Shown here piece after piece: positions 37,536 through 46,931 of a stretch of 64,000 nt of DNA. Source of the stretch: an uncultured Bdellovibrionales bacterium (GTDB taxonomy: Bacteria; Bdellovibrionota_C; UBA2361; SZUA-149; CALKYB01). Every line of letters begins with the position of its first letter. The first letter of the stretch is position 1. The stretch covers positions 82,314-146,313 of the forward strand of contig CAZECN010000002.1 of assembly GCA_964510575.1 (NCBI GenBank). The letters are read 5' to 3'. A program made the translations under genes and the position numbers. Below the pieces are notes generated by a model, which ran no database searches, was not told the DNA's origin, and was given only the letters and a program-made list of their open reading frames with translations.

Positions 37536-39401
37536 ATGGCGCTCGATAATTTCGGCAAAGAAAAAATTGGAAAGCTCGCGCTAGGCCTCTTGTGCTTGGC
37601 TGTTTTTGGATTTTTCTTTGTTAGTACCTTTAATAAGACTGATAAGAAAGAGAGTGTCGATAGGCTTGCCCTTGAGAAAAAGAAAAAACAGCAAGAATCT
37701 GAAAATCAGATTAAAGACCTTCGAGAGTTGCGTGAGAAGCTCGTTAAGGGCTCTGATTCCGATCAACTCAAAAACCCAGAGGATAGTTCAAAGTCTTTCA
37801 GGGAGATGTACGCTGAGCGTTTAAAGAGAAAAGAAGCCGAGGTTAAGGGTGTTGAGGGGTCAATTGGTAAGAGTGACCCTTCTCTTAGCCCTTTTCAGCG
37901 TGAAGTCGATGCTATGGATCAGATGTCCAAAGAGGCCACTGAGCGACGTAGACAGGGGAAAGACAACGTTAAAGAAATTTCGCTGCCTTTTTTGGATCGA
38001 GATTCTAAAGAGAGTGCCAAAGGAAAGGATGTCGCTGATGGCGATATTAAAAGAGTTGATCGTAGAACTGAACAGTCTAAGAAGTCACCTTTTTCCGACC
38101 TTATTGCCCAAATTAATTCAAAAAAACCTAGTGAGGCTGTGGTCGAAAGACGAAAATTGTTGGAGGCCTTATTTAGAAAAACTGGGGATGCGGATCTATC
38201 AACTGCGTTGATTGCAGGTGAAACATTTTTGTCTGAGAGCAGAAATGAACATAGAGAATACTTAGCGACTACCCTCAAAGATGGTGGGGGGAATACTCTT
38301 CAAAAACTTTTTTTAATTAAAGCTTTGGGTAAAGTTGGGGATGAAAGTTCTATTAAAGCCTTAAGATTCGAGTACAGTCACGCCTCTGATGAAATCGTCA
38401 GACAAGAATTGGTTAAGGCCGTTGGACAGATTGGTCATTCCAGTGGAGAGACTTTTTTGAACCAAATATTGGCTGGCAACTTGGCTCAGTCTAGTGAAGT
38501 GGTCAAACTTGTTTATGCCGCTTTTGCTAGGATCGGCAGTCCTTCAGCGAAAAATCGTCTTTTCAATTTGAATAGTGCAACGAATAAGAGAAGTGACCCA
38601 GCAGAGAAGGCAGCAATAGCTAAAGCCTATAGCGTTGTTGCTGGCCAAGTTGATAATGACGCAATAGATAAGGGCATACCTGGTGGGAGTAAGCTTAATC
38701 TGAGGTATCGAGGGACAGAGTATTTTTTCTATCATCCAGCTTTTAGAGATGCTGGGCTGGCAAAGCCTTGGCTTCTCGTTTGCGTTCACGGCTCCCTAAT
38801 GAGAGCAGAGGAAATTTTTGATCTTTGTCGAAAGGGATCTAAGAATAGAAATGTGGCAGTTCTTGCACCAGTATTTGACCATTTTTCTTATCCCGACTTT
38901 GGTTTTTTTGATCGCCATTCCTCAGACCTGCGGGCAGATTTAAGGTTTTGGGAGATTATTGAGCATGTTGCAGAGATAGCTGGGGTTCAAACTCGCGAGA
39001 TGTTTATTTATGGAGAGGAAAGAGGGGGAGATTTCGTCTCTAGGATTGTTATGAACCAGCCAGGTAGATTTAGTCGAGCTGTAGCCTTTAATGCTGACTA
39101 CCCAAGATTGACAGGTGATAAGTTAGTGCCAGAGGGATTAAAGCCTTCGCCTCTTTTTCCGGATTTAGAATTTGATACTTATGGTTTTATTAGAACTGAC
39201 TTCTTAATTTTAACACCATCTAGCGGAGGTTCCAGGACAAGAGGCTCTTTTTTTAAAAATCTGACAAAGGAGTCGATTAGAAAAGGCTACACTATGAGAA
39301 TTTCAACCAAAGAGACTGGTGCAAAGAAGTTCGGTGTTAAGCCAGGTTTAGACTATTTGTTTAAGAATAGGCCTAAGGGAATGAAGTACCAGCGCAACTA
39401 G
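37536..39401 (+). CDS. membrane-anchored coiled-coil / HEAT-repeat protein with a C-terminal hydrolase-like domain, hypothetical
   Basis: 621 aa. N-terminal TM (LALGLLCLAVFGFFFV), a charged coiled-coil region, PBS-lyase-type HEAT repeats (KALGKVGDESSIKALR, KAVGQIGHSSGETFL) and a C-terminal alpha/beta-like region (PWLLVCVHGS) lacking a clear GxSxG. It starts 14 bp after the PfkB kinase gene. Confidence 0.5.
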   Translation: MALDNFGKEKIGKLALGLLCLAVFGFFFVSTFNKTDKKESVDRLALEKKKKQQESENQIKDLRELREKLVKGSDSDQLKNPEDSSKSFREMYAERLKRKEAEVKGVEGSIGKSDPSLSPFQREVDAMDQMSKEATERRRQGKDNVKEISLPFLDRDSKESAKGKDVADGDIKRVDRRTEQSKKSPFSDLIAQINSKKPSEAVVERRKLLEALFRKTGDADLSTALIAGETFLSESRNEHREYLATTLKDGGGNTLQKLFLIKALGKVGDESSIKALRFEYSHASDEIVRQELVKAVGQIGHSSGETFLNQILAGNLAQSSEVVKLVYAAFARIGSPSAKNRLFNLNSATNKRSDPAEKAAIAKAYSVVAGQVDNDAIDKGIPGGSKLNLRYRGTEYFFYHPAFRDAGLAKPWLLVCVHGSLMRAEEIFDLCRKGSKNRNVAVLAPVFDHFSYPDFGFFDRHSSDLRADLRFWEIIEHVAEIAGVQTREMFIYGEERGGDFVSRIVMNQPGRFSRAVAFNADYPRLTGDKLVPEGLKPSPLFPDLEFDTYGFIRTDFLILTPSSGGSRTRGSFFKNLTKESIRKGYTMRISTKETGAKKFGVKPGLDYLFKNRPKGMKYQRN

Positions 39402-39422
39402 TTTTTAAGCGCTCACAAAAAC

Positions 39423-39713
39423 TTAGAGGGATTTGGATAGCCAGATCAACATCAGCTCGGCCCATTTTTCAAATGAGCCTCTTTGGGAAACTTTTTTTCT
39501 TCCTAGCACTTCGCTTAAGACCCTTTCATTGACCCGAGATTCTTTGACCCACATCAACTCGTTTCTAAGCCTTCTTACTTTTTCTTCCGATTCAAACTCC
39601 TTGAAGACTCGAGCTGCTTTCTGATCATTACCTTGCAAGCTTTTACCATAGCGAGTTTGGTAAAACTTAATCATTGGAACATGTCTGATGCTTCTTTCTA
39701 GTTTTTCTTCCAT
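39423..39713 (-). CDS. hypothetical protein
   Basis: 96-aa ORF with no recognisable motif. Confidence 0.3.
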   Translation of the reverse strand: MEEKLERSIRHVPMIKFYQTRYGKSLQGNDQKAARVFKEFESEEKVRRLRNELMWVKESRVNERVLSEVLGRKKVSQRGSFEKWAELMLIWLSKSL

Positions 39714-39893
39714 AGTCAGAAAATTTGTAAATCTTAATTCATAAATACGTCTATCTGGGGATTAAGATGCGTCGTCAGAATAAACAGATGCGATAAGAGA
39801 TTTTTCCTCAAATTAGGCTAGTAAGAAGGCATAATTAGGGGTAGCTTGACCTTGTAGCAGGACATTAACTCATTCTCACTAGGAGCCTAAACA

Positions 39894-40421
39894 TTGGCCA
39901 GAAAAGAGCGTGCTTTACTTAAGTATTTGGCTTCAGCCATTTGTTTTATAATTGGACTCGTCTTGATTCTAGATGCGACTAGAACTAATCAAGTTGACCA
40001 AGCATCACAACAAGTCCCTGCTTCGAGATCCCAGACAAAGGCCTCTTCCTCAACTGTTACGAAGTCTACTATAGATACCCAAGAGTCTTCTGGCTTGACC
40101 GCTGGTAGTTTATGCAGAAATGTTCTTGAAACTTGCACGGCCAAGATAGCTTTTCAGTCTAATGACTGTAACAAAGAGGCGGCGAAAATTGAGGTTGAGC
40201 AACTTTTAGTAGAGCCCTTAAAAAATATTCATTGTCAGGATATTTATGATCGTATGGAAGACTCCTGTCCAGAAGGTTGTCGTGTGGATACTGCTAGGTC
40301 AATTATTTTACCGGCGGATGTTCAATTCCGTTTTGACGATGATGAACGTGATATCTCAGGATGCCAAGTTTCTGGGGAGAGGTTGGTTAATATACGAGGA
40401 GTTTGTGTCTCTTCCGGTTGA
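39894..40421 (+). CDS. membrane-anchored Cys-rich hypothetical protein
   Basis: 175 aa. N-terminal TM, Ser/Thr-rich linker, and a C-terminal region with 8 Cys. Confidence 0.4.
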   Translation: MARKERALLKYLASAICFIIGLVLILDATRTNQVDQASQQVPASRSQTKASSSTVTKSTIDTQESSGLTAGSLCRNVLETCTAKIAFQSNDCNKEAAKIEVEQLLVEPLKNIHCQDIYDRMEDSCPEGCRVDTARSIILPADVQFRFDDDERDISGCQVSGERLVNIRGVCVSSG

Positions 40422-40657
40422 AATTCCTAGTTTATACTCAACCTACTTTAAATTTCGTCTTTTAAGGGAGTGGGCGGGTTGAGTATACTGCGCCTAAAAC
40501 TCTCTAAAACGTGATTAGCGTTTTTCTATTAGGCTCTCCAAATATCTCGATTTTTCGTGTTAATAATTAATTTAGACAAGACCTAAAGGTCTTGAGAAGC
40601 ATATTTAGAGGTTGAGTATATAGTTTTTTGGCCTCGCCTGCACTCGGCTTATACTAC

Positions 40658-41734
40658 TCAAACCTCATTAAGCGATTTGTAGATTTCTATATGTTGTCTA
40701 GCCACGGCCTTGGGGGTGAACCATTTTTCAAACTCAGGTGATTTATTTAGTGAGACACCGGGAGGATGCTTATCAAAGGCCTCGTTTATCGCTTCTTCAA
40801 AAGAATCAACTGAACCTTTTTCCCCATAAAAAACAGGGTAATCTATCAATTTACTAAGTGCTTCCTGAATACCTGCCAACTTAGTGCAGACAATCGGCAC
40901 ACCAGAGGAAGCAGCCTCCAGAATCACAGTTGGCACTCCTTCATGGTCGGAGCTTAGTAAAAGTAGATCAGCATTGGCAATTAAGGACCCTGCATCTTTT
41001 CTAAAACCTAAGAATTTTATTTTATTATCAAGCTCTGTTTGTTTGGCAATTAGTCTTAGATTTTCTTCCTCAGGGCCATCACCGACTATGTCCAGAACAG
41101 CATCTATCTTTACTCCCAGCATCGCTTTAATAGCGATATCAACTCTCTTAATTGGAACCAAGCGACCGACGATTACTATTTTAGCTTTAGATTCTTTATC
41201 TGACTTTGAACGAGTTTCTCCTGAAACTTGAGCACAGTTGAGAACAGTGAATTGTTTTTCTAAATCTAAAAAAGAAAGCTCAGATGCTAATGTGTTTGAG
41301 ATAGTTATTATTCCGTCTGAAATATAGCGAGCTAAAAACGACTGCAAGCATAAAAATATCGAAGACTTGATCTGTTTGAAACCTGAATAGACCTCTGAAA
41401 GTCCGTGGTACATTGTTATGAATTTGGCCTTGTACTTCCGCTTCAGAGCATAGGCGATAAAAGCCTCCTTATAGCCGTGACTAACCACTAGGTCAGGAGG
41501 TTTGCGGTCAGTACTCTTTTTGGAATCTTTGACCATTTTTACAAAGCCAGTTTGCTCTTTGACTAGGTGGACTTCTATCCCTAGGTCTTCTAAACGATCG
41601 TGGAGAATTCCCTCATTAAAAAGCATAGCCTCCACTTCAAGACTTTTCTCCTCTCGCAGAGCTTTAAGTAACAAATAGGCTTGGGTCTCTGCTCCTGCCC
41701 ATAAGTCACCAGAAATTATATGAAGAATTCTCAA
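40658..41734 (-). CDS. glycosyltransferase family 4 (GT-B, retaining)
   Basis: 358 aa. MRILHIISGDLWAGAETQAYLL N-terminus and a C-terminal EGVPTVILEAASSGVPIV (E-x7-E region), typical of GT4. Confidence 0.75.
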   Translation of the reverse strand: MRILHIISGDLWAGAETQAYLLLKALREEKSLEVEAMLFNEGILHDRLEDLGIEVHLVKEQTGFVKMVKDSKKSTDRKPPDLVVSHGYKEAFIAYALKRKYKAKFITMYHGLSEVYSGFKQIKSSIFLCLQSFLARYISDGIITISNTLASELSFLDLEKQFTVLNCAQVSGETRSKSDKESKAKIVIVGRLVPIKRVDIAIKAMLGVKIDAVLDIVGDGPEEENLRLIAKQTELDNKIKFLGFRKDAGSLIANADLLLLSSDHEGVPTVILEAASSGVPIVCTKLAGIQEALSKLIDYPVFYGEKGSVDSFEEAINEAFDKHPPGVSLNKSPEFEKWFTPKAVARQHIEIYKSLNEV

Positions 41735-41848
41735 TTTATTGTAGGTTGTCTAAATTAGAGTCTAATCCTATTTTCCGAAAATCGTAACCTTTCAAGTAGG
41801 AGTTGTCGATGTTTTCACAAACAAATGTAAGGTTAAAAGACAGCTAAA

Positions 41849-43687
41849 GTGTCTGAGTTGAATAATAATTCATTACCAGAAACTCCCATAGACAAGGTTA
41901 AGCTACTTGTGGGCTTGGCTATTTCTAGTTTTGCTCTATGGTGGGTGCTCAGCCTTACTGATCTTGATAAGTTAAAATCCTCCTTCATGGAGGCGAACTT
42001 TAAGTTAATCTTGCTTGCTGCAGTTATTATGCTGCTAGGGTATTTTCTTAGAGCTCTGCGCTGGCCTCTTTTTTTCGATCGATCAGCTCCTTCTCTTAAA
42101 GACTCATGGAAATGCCTAATTGTTGGTTTCTTCATGAACAATATTTTACCAGCTCGAATTGGCGAGTTTGTTCGAGCTCATCTTGGTGGAAGAGCCACAG
42201 GGCTCAGCAGAAGTACAGTTTTAGCCACAGTTGCTGGAGAGCGTTTAGCAGATGGACTTTGCATAAGTTTGATATTTGCCGTCTTTTTCTTCATCTCTTC
42301 GGGTCTTGAAGACAGTTCTAGTGCTGGTCAGCTGTTTAAGGTGGCATTGCTTTTTGGATTAGCTGGAATTTCGACTATTTTAATCTTGTTCAAAAGAGAG
42401 CAAGTTTTTGTTCTGGTAGAGAAGTTAACTCAAATCATGCCTGGCACATTCTCTCACTATGCTGTTGAGAAAGCTAAGAAGTTTATTGAGGGTTTGGAGC
42501 CAATGCTTCAGCCAGCTAAACTTATTAAAATATCGGCTTGGTCTATAGTAGTGTGGTTAGTTGAGCTGTCCGTCTATATTCTAATCTCTAAGAGTTTTGG
42601 CTTGGAAATCGGTTTGGGCCGAGCTGCTTTGTTTATGGCGGCTGTTAATTTCAGTTCATTAATACCTGCAGCCCCAGGAGGGATCGGTGTCATTGAAGCA
42701 TTGGCCACTGCGAGTCTTGTTTCTGTGGGTATCGAGCGAGAAGTAGCGCTATCAATGGTAGTAGTTCAGCACTTGATTCAAATTTCAGTTGTAGGCTTGC
42801 CAGGTGCCCACTATTTCTTTCGGAACTTACGCGGGAAAATACCGGTTGAAGCCGAGAGCTGGGAAAAGGAAGAAGGAGAAGAGTTTTCTGATGTTAGTCA
42901 GGAAGTTCCTGAGAGAGTTCCTGCAGGTACTATTAAGAAAAAAAGTCCGGGCTCTGGTATTTGGTTATCGGTGGTGATTCCTGCTTATAACGAAGAGGAG
43001 CGCATTTCTAAAACTTTGGTTTCAGTAAGTGATTACTTGAATGGAAGGGGAGGGAATTACGAGATCGTTGTAGTCGACGATGGTAGTCTTGACCAAACTT
43101 CTAAAGTGGTTGCTGGTTTTGAAAAATTAAACCCAAAAGTTAAGTTGTTTTCTTATGGGGAGAACAGAGGCAAAGGCTATGCCTTGCGGTTTGGAGTCAA
43201 GAATTCCAAGGGAGATTTGGTCCTAATTAACGATGCGGATGGAGCTTCCCCAATTGAAGAAGTTGAGAGGCTAGAGAGCGCGCTGAATAAAGGTGCGCAG
43301 ATAGCGATTGGATCTCGAGCATTGATCTCCAGAGAAACCGCAGTCAATACTGTCTGGTATCGTAAAATACTTGGGCAGGTCTTTAACGGTTTTGTGAACT
43401 TTATGGTCCTGCCGGGTATCGCTGATACTCAATGTGGCTTTAAGCTTTTCGAAAAGAAGATTGCTAAGGATCTATTTGATCGTCAACGAGCAGAAGGCTT
43501 TTCTTTTGATGTTGAAATTTTATTCCTAGCTAGGAAGTCGGGATATAAGATAGCTGAGGTCCCTATTAACTGGGCCAATGTTGCAGGTTCGAAGGTTAAT
43601 CTGGTTCGTGACTCCTTCTATATGGGAGTAGACGTGATAAAATTTAGAATTCGCGACTGGGCTGGAGTCTATAATAGTAGCAACTAA
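41849..43687 (+). CDS. fusion protein: UPF0104/lysylphosphatidylglycerol-synthase-TM-like (flippase-like) membrane domain + GT2 polyprenyl-phosphate glycosyltransferase (Dpm1/GtrB-like)
   Basis: 612 aa. The N-terminal ~330 aa hold about 8 TM segments with a NNILPARIGEFVRAHL motif (UPF0104). The C-terminal ~270 aa carry LSVVIPAYNEEERI, VVDDGSLD and NDADGAS (DxD) GT-A motifs. Confidence 0.7.
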   Translation: MSELNNNSLPETPIDKVKLLVGLAISSFALWWVLSLTDLDKLKSSFMEANFKLILLAAVIMLLGYFLRALRWPLFFDRSAPSLKDSWKCLIVGFFMNNILPARIGEFVRAHLGGRATGLSRSTVLATVAGERLADGLCISLIFAVFFFISSGLEDSSSAGQLFKVALLFGLAGISTILILFKREQVFVLVEKLTQIMPGTFSHYAVEKAKKFIEGLEPMLQPAKLIKISAWSIVVWLVELSVYILISKSFGLEIGLGRAALFMAAVNFSSLIPAAPGGIGVIEALATASLVSVGIEREVALSMVVVQHLIQISVVGLPGAHYFFRNLRGKIPVEAESWEKEEGEEFSDVSQEVPERVPAGTIKKKSPGSGIWLSVVIPAYNEEERISKTLVSVSDYLNGRGGNYEIVVVDDGSLDQTSKVVAGFEKLNPKVKLFSYGENRGKGYALRFGVKNSKGDLVLINDADGASPIEEVERLESALNKGAQIAIGSRALISRETAVNTVWYRKILGQVFNGFVNFMVLPGIADTQCGFKLFEKKIAKDLFDRQRAEGFSFDVEILFLARKSGYKIAEVPINWANVAGSKVNLVRDSFYMGVDVIKFRIRDWAGVYNSSN

Positions 43688-43689
43688 GA

Positions 43690-44745
43690 CTAAGGTATCC
43701 AGCGAGTCAAAGTCGGCCCAAGAGCGTTAGCCACTGGCAAAGGAAGTTTTTGCCAACACTTAACCATCATCTCAAACTTAGAATTTGAGGGACTGACGTC
43801 CGGAGCTTCTGAGTTGTTAAGTTTATAGTACCAATGAAGAGGTCTTGGTTCTGCTCCCCATTGTTTTTTAAACTTAAGGGTACCGGAGTCCGGATTGGAA
43901 CGTCCGAAGTCAAAGAACTTGTAACCATCGAGGGCACATTGCTTAATGGTTTGCCAGTATAAAAGCATATTAGGGGACTGTTTATTGTAAGATCTCAAAG
44001 AAGAAGCCCAAGGAATCTCAGAAGAGTCTCCAAACCCTACTGTGATACCAGAAGCCACTGGTTTGTCTTTGTCCCAAACAGTTATGACTCTAGCTTTTTC
44101 ACCAAAGCTGGACACGGTATTCTCAAAGAGACTCTTAGGATAAACCGGGGTCCCAAGGTCTCTCATATGTTCCGAAAATACCTGGTAAAAGGCATCTACT
44201 GATTCTTTTTGTTCAAGGTCGATACCGGAAACTTTTGCTTCAAGACCACTCTTGCCTGGTCTTCTAATTTGACTACGAAGCTTTGCTGGAAATCCCCCAA
44301 AAATTTCGTCAGGGTCGCTTTGTAAAGGCATTCTCATTGCGACTTTATGTTGACGTTCGGCAAGTTCCTCTCCATTGAAACTAAGAGGTTCTCTGTGCCG
44401 AAGCTCTACATATTTACAGGAATTGTCTTTCGCTATTTTTCCAGCTTCTTCTAGCAAGGCCGTAAAGGCCTGCTCGTTGGTAGCCAAAATACCCCCTTCA
44501 TTAAGGTATGGCATTGAAGCTACTGAGTTTCCGAAGAGAGGACTTTTCACGATGAAGGAAGGCATAAGTCCTAAGACCTTTTCACCTTCTTTGCAAACTA
44601 GGTAGCGAGCCTCGTGTCCAAAAGATTTTTTGACGATCTCTCTCCATTCCAAACAAAACCCATGAGTGTCTGGTTTGTTAGTTTCAAGAAAACCATACCA
44701 ATCCTTTTTGTCTTGTTCGCTGTTACCTAAGGCTTTAATTTCCAT
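43690..44745 (-). CDS. FemAB-family (GNAT-fold) protein, PEP-CTERM/EPS-locus-associated type
   Basis: 351 aa. Overall FemAB-like layout with FKKQWGAEP near the C-terminus. It overlaps the upstream deacetylase gene by 11 bp, matching the known deacetylase-FemAB gene pairing. Confidence 0.6.
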   Translation of the reverse strand: MEIKALGNSEQDKKDWYGFLETNKPDTHGFCLEWREIVKKSFGHEARYLVCKEGEKVLGLMPSFIVKSPLFGNSVASMPYLNEGGILATNEQAFTALLEEAGKIAKDNSCKYVELRHREPLSFNGEELAERQHKVAMRMPLQSDPDEIFGGFPAKLRSQIRRPGKSGLEAKVSGIDLEQKESVDAFYQVFSEHMRDLGTPVYPKSLFENTVSSFGEKARVITVWDKDKPVASGITVGFGDSSEIPWASSLRSYNKQSPNMLLYWQTIKQCALDGYKFFDFGRSNPDSGTLKFKKQWGAEPRPLHWYYKLNNSEAPDVSPSNSKFEMMVKCWQKLPLPVANALGPTLTRWIP

Positions 44746-45592
44746 TTTTAATACCGTCAGCTATCTCTTCAATTGTTGTCCAGCTAAAATCTCTAAGATG
44801 TTTATCTATTTTTTTATCCAAGGTCTTCACGCCATGGTAGTGCCTGAACTTTTGGATGGGTGTTAGCTCATTAAAAACAGGCTGTCCTTCATCAACCTCC
44901 CATGGGTGAAGGTAGCAAATAGCAGGATGCTGTCCCGCTTTTTCTATTTTCTTCAGGCCATAACGAATAAGGAAATGAGGGAAAATTCGCCAGTAGGCTC
45001 CGCCTGCAATTCCCAGACGCCAGTTAAAACCAGGTAGTTTTATGGGAAGTGCTGCCAGGGGCACTATTACTAAATCTCCATTTTTCGTTTTTTGTATGAA
45101 GGGAGAAAGAGACTTATCTCGATTGTCGTATCGAGGATGGTAAACAGGATATAAACTGGAATCGTATGAGTAGCCTGCCTCGGTAAGTGCGTCGTAGGCC
45201 CAAAGATTTTGATCTCTAATAGAAAAGTTTGGAGCTCGGTAGCCTTTTACTTCTTGTCCTGAGATATCTTGCAGCAATTTTCTGGAGTAGCAGATATCTT
45301 TGTAAAAAGCTTTTTCGCTTTGGTCGTAGGCGAGATGATGTCTAAAACCATGGGAGCCTATCTCATGACCTTGGTCGTGAATGGTCCGGACTAAGTCTTT
45401 ATCTTTTCGAGCAACTGTCCCGAGGACAAAAAAGGTGCCCTTAACTTTGTTTCTTGCGAGGATGGAAAGAACTTTTTCTGTCGAGTAGCGAACGCGGCTT
45501 TCCAGTGAACTCCATCTAGGACGTCCAATTGCCAGCTCGATATTACGAGCGTGGTAGTAATCTTCTACATCAATTGATATCGAGTTTGACAC
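44735..45592 (-). CDS. polysaccharide deacetylase family protein (PEP-CTERM-locus subfamily-like, with DUF3473-like C-terminus)
   Basis: 285 aa. NodB motif 1 SIDVEDYYH, His motif GSHGFRHH, then HPWE in the C-terminal extension. Confidence 0.75.
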   Translation of the reverse strand: MSNSISIDVEDYYHARNIELAIGRPRWSSLESRVRYSTEKVLSILARNKVKGTFFVLGTVARKDKDLVRTIHDQGHEIGSHGFRHHLAYDQSEKAFYKDICYSRKLLQDISGQEVKGYRAPNFSIRDQNLWAYDALTEAGYSYDSSLYPVYHPRYDNRDKSLSPFIQKTKNGDLVIVPLAALPIKLPGFNWRLGIAGGAYWRIFPHFLIRYGLKKIEKAGQHPAICYLHPWEVDEGQPVFNELTPIQKFRHYHGVKTLDKKIDKHLRDFSWTTIEEIADGIKNGN

Positions 45593-45707
45593 GGAGCCTT
45601 AACAGGTAAACTATAACACCAGTATAACACTTGATTTGAGGAAAATATTCAACGAATTCAAGGGTTAATTAGGCAAAAACAATAATTACCGATGATATTA
45701 GTCTAAA

Positions 45708-46931
45708 TTGAGAGAACAAGCAATCAACCAACCATTTTTCATGCCACGCTCTTTGAGAGTGCTTCCACCCGGTGGAGGATTCGCTGGTCCGTTGAGGGTG
45801 TTCAGCAATTTCTATAGTCATTGGAAAGAGGGTGATGACGAGTCTGCTCTGCAGTGGTTTGGAGAGAGAGTGGGGGATTTTTTCCCTAATCGCAGAGCCT
45901 ACTTTTACTCAAGTGGAAAAAAGGGTTTGTTGGCACTCGCAGAACAGATCAGCAAAAAACACAAAAAGCCCGTTGTTAGTTTATCTTCCTATACTTGCCC
46001 GGACTTGATTGCCTGTCTGGCAGAAAAGAACTTTAGTTTTAGGTTCTTTGATATTGATGCTGATAGTTTAGAGCCTAGGATTGAAGAGCAGCACCTTTCT
46101 TCTGATTTATTATTATTATCTAATCTTTTTGGCTTGGCTGATAGTTTTCCTAAAAGTGTTTCTGAGAAGACAATTGTTCTTGATGATAGTTGTCAGGCAG
46201 CTCTTTCATCATCAGCTGGTAAAAGAGTTGGTGCTAGAAACAATGCTTTTGGTCTGCTTAGCTTTGGTAGAGGAAAATCTCTTCCTGGACTGGGTGGAGG
46301 CGCTTTACTAGTGCCCAAAGACTCAGACTTAGACTTTTCTCAAGAGTCATCAAGCGGAAAGCCGATAGTCAGCGACTCTTTAAAGTCAGTTGTGTTTTGG
46401 CTATTGCAAAGCCCATGGTTTTATCGCATCCCGTCTTCCCTTCCTTTTTTAGGTCTGGGGCAAACTCATTATAGTGACAGTGTGGACACTGGGAAGTTTT
46501 CTATTGGCCAAGTTATTGTGGCTGCTAGCCAGCTTTTACATATTGAATCTAGAGCTTCTATGCATGCTGAGAACTCGGCCAAATGGGTAGACGCTTTGGG
46601 GGATTTAGATTTGGTGCAGCCAATGCTCAGAAGAGCTGAACAGCCTAGGGCCTCGAACTCGCCCATAAGATATCCAGTAATGGTTCCCCAGGGCTCTGAA
46701 TTGCGTAATCAGCTATACAAAGAATTGACTCTTGCCGGTTTAGGAGTGAGCTGTTCATATCCAAGAATCTTACCTTCTTACAAAGAGATTGATGATAAGA
46801 TTATTAGTTCCGAGCAAGTAGGAGCATCTAAGGTCGCTGATCAAATTTTGACCTTACCAGTTCATAGAAATGTTAAAGATAGAGATATAGAATTAACAGT
46901 TCAAATAATTAAAAAGGCTATTCAAAGATGA
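45708..46931 (+). CDS. DegT/DnrJ/EryC1/StrS-like PLP-dependent aminotransferase-fold protein (divergent)
   Basis: 407 aa. VSLSSYTCPDLIACL...FRFFDIDADS resembles the DegT substrate-binding block ending in FVDID. SFGRGKSLPG is a candidate PLP-Lys region. The match is divergent, so confidence is limited. Confidence 0.45.
   Translation: MREQAINQPFFMPRSLRVLPPGGGFAGPLRVFSNFYSHWKEGDDESALQWFGERVGDFFPNRRAYFYSSGKKGLLALAEQISKKHKKPVVSLSSYTCPDLIACLAEKNFSFRFFDIDADSLEPRIEEQHLSSDLLLLSNLFGLADSFPKSVSEKTIVLDDSCQAALSSSAGKRVGARNNAFGLLSFGRGKSLPGLGGGALLVPKDSDLDFSQESSSGKPIVSDSLKSVVFWLLQSPWFYRIPSSLPFLGLGQTHYSDSVDTGKFSIGQVIVAASQLLHIESRASMHAENSAKWVDALGDLDLVQPMLRRAEQPRASNSPIRYPVMVPQGSELRNQLYKELTLAGLGVSCSYPRILPSYKEIDDKIISSEQVGASKVADQILTLPVHRNVKDRDIELTVQIIKKAIQR

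Noticed and set aside
43690-45592. Calling the deacetylase/FemAB pair proof of a complete PEP-CTERM/exosortase system
   Set aside because: No exosortase (XrtA/EpsH), EpsI, Wza/Wzc, or PEP-CTERM-tailed substrate (PEP + TM + Arg/Lys tail) is present among the ORFs of this window. The C-termini of the candidate secreted proteins at 28950, 39894 and 53244 do not carry the motif. The pair is reported only as PEP-CTERM-locus-type.
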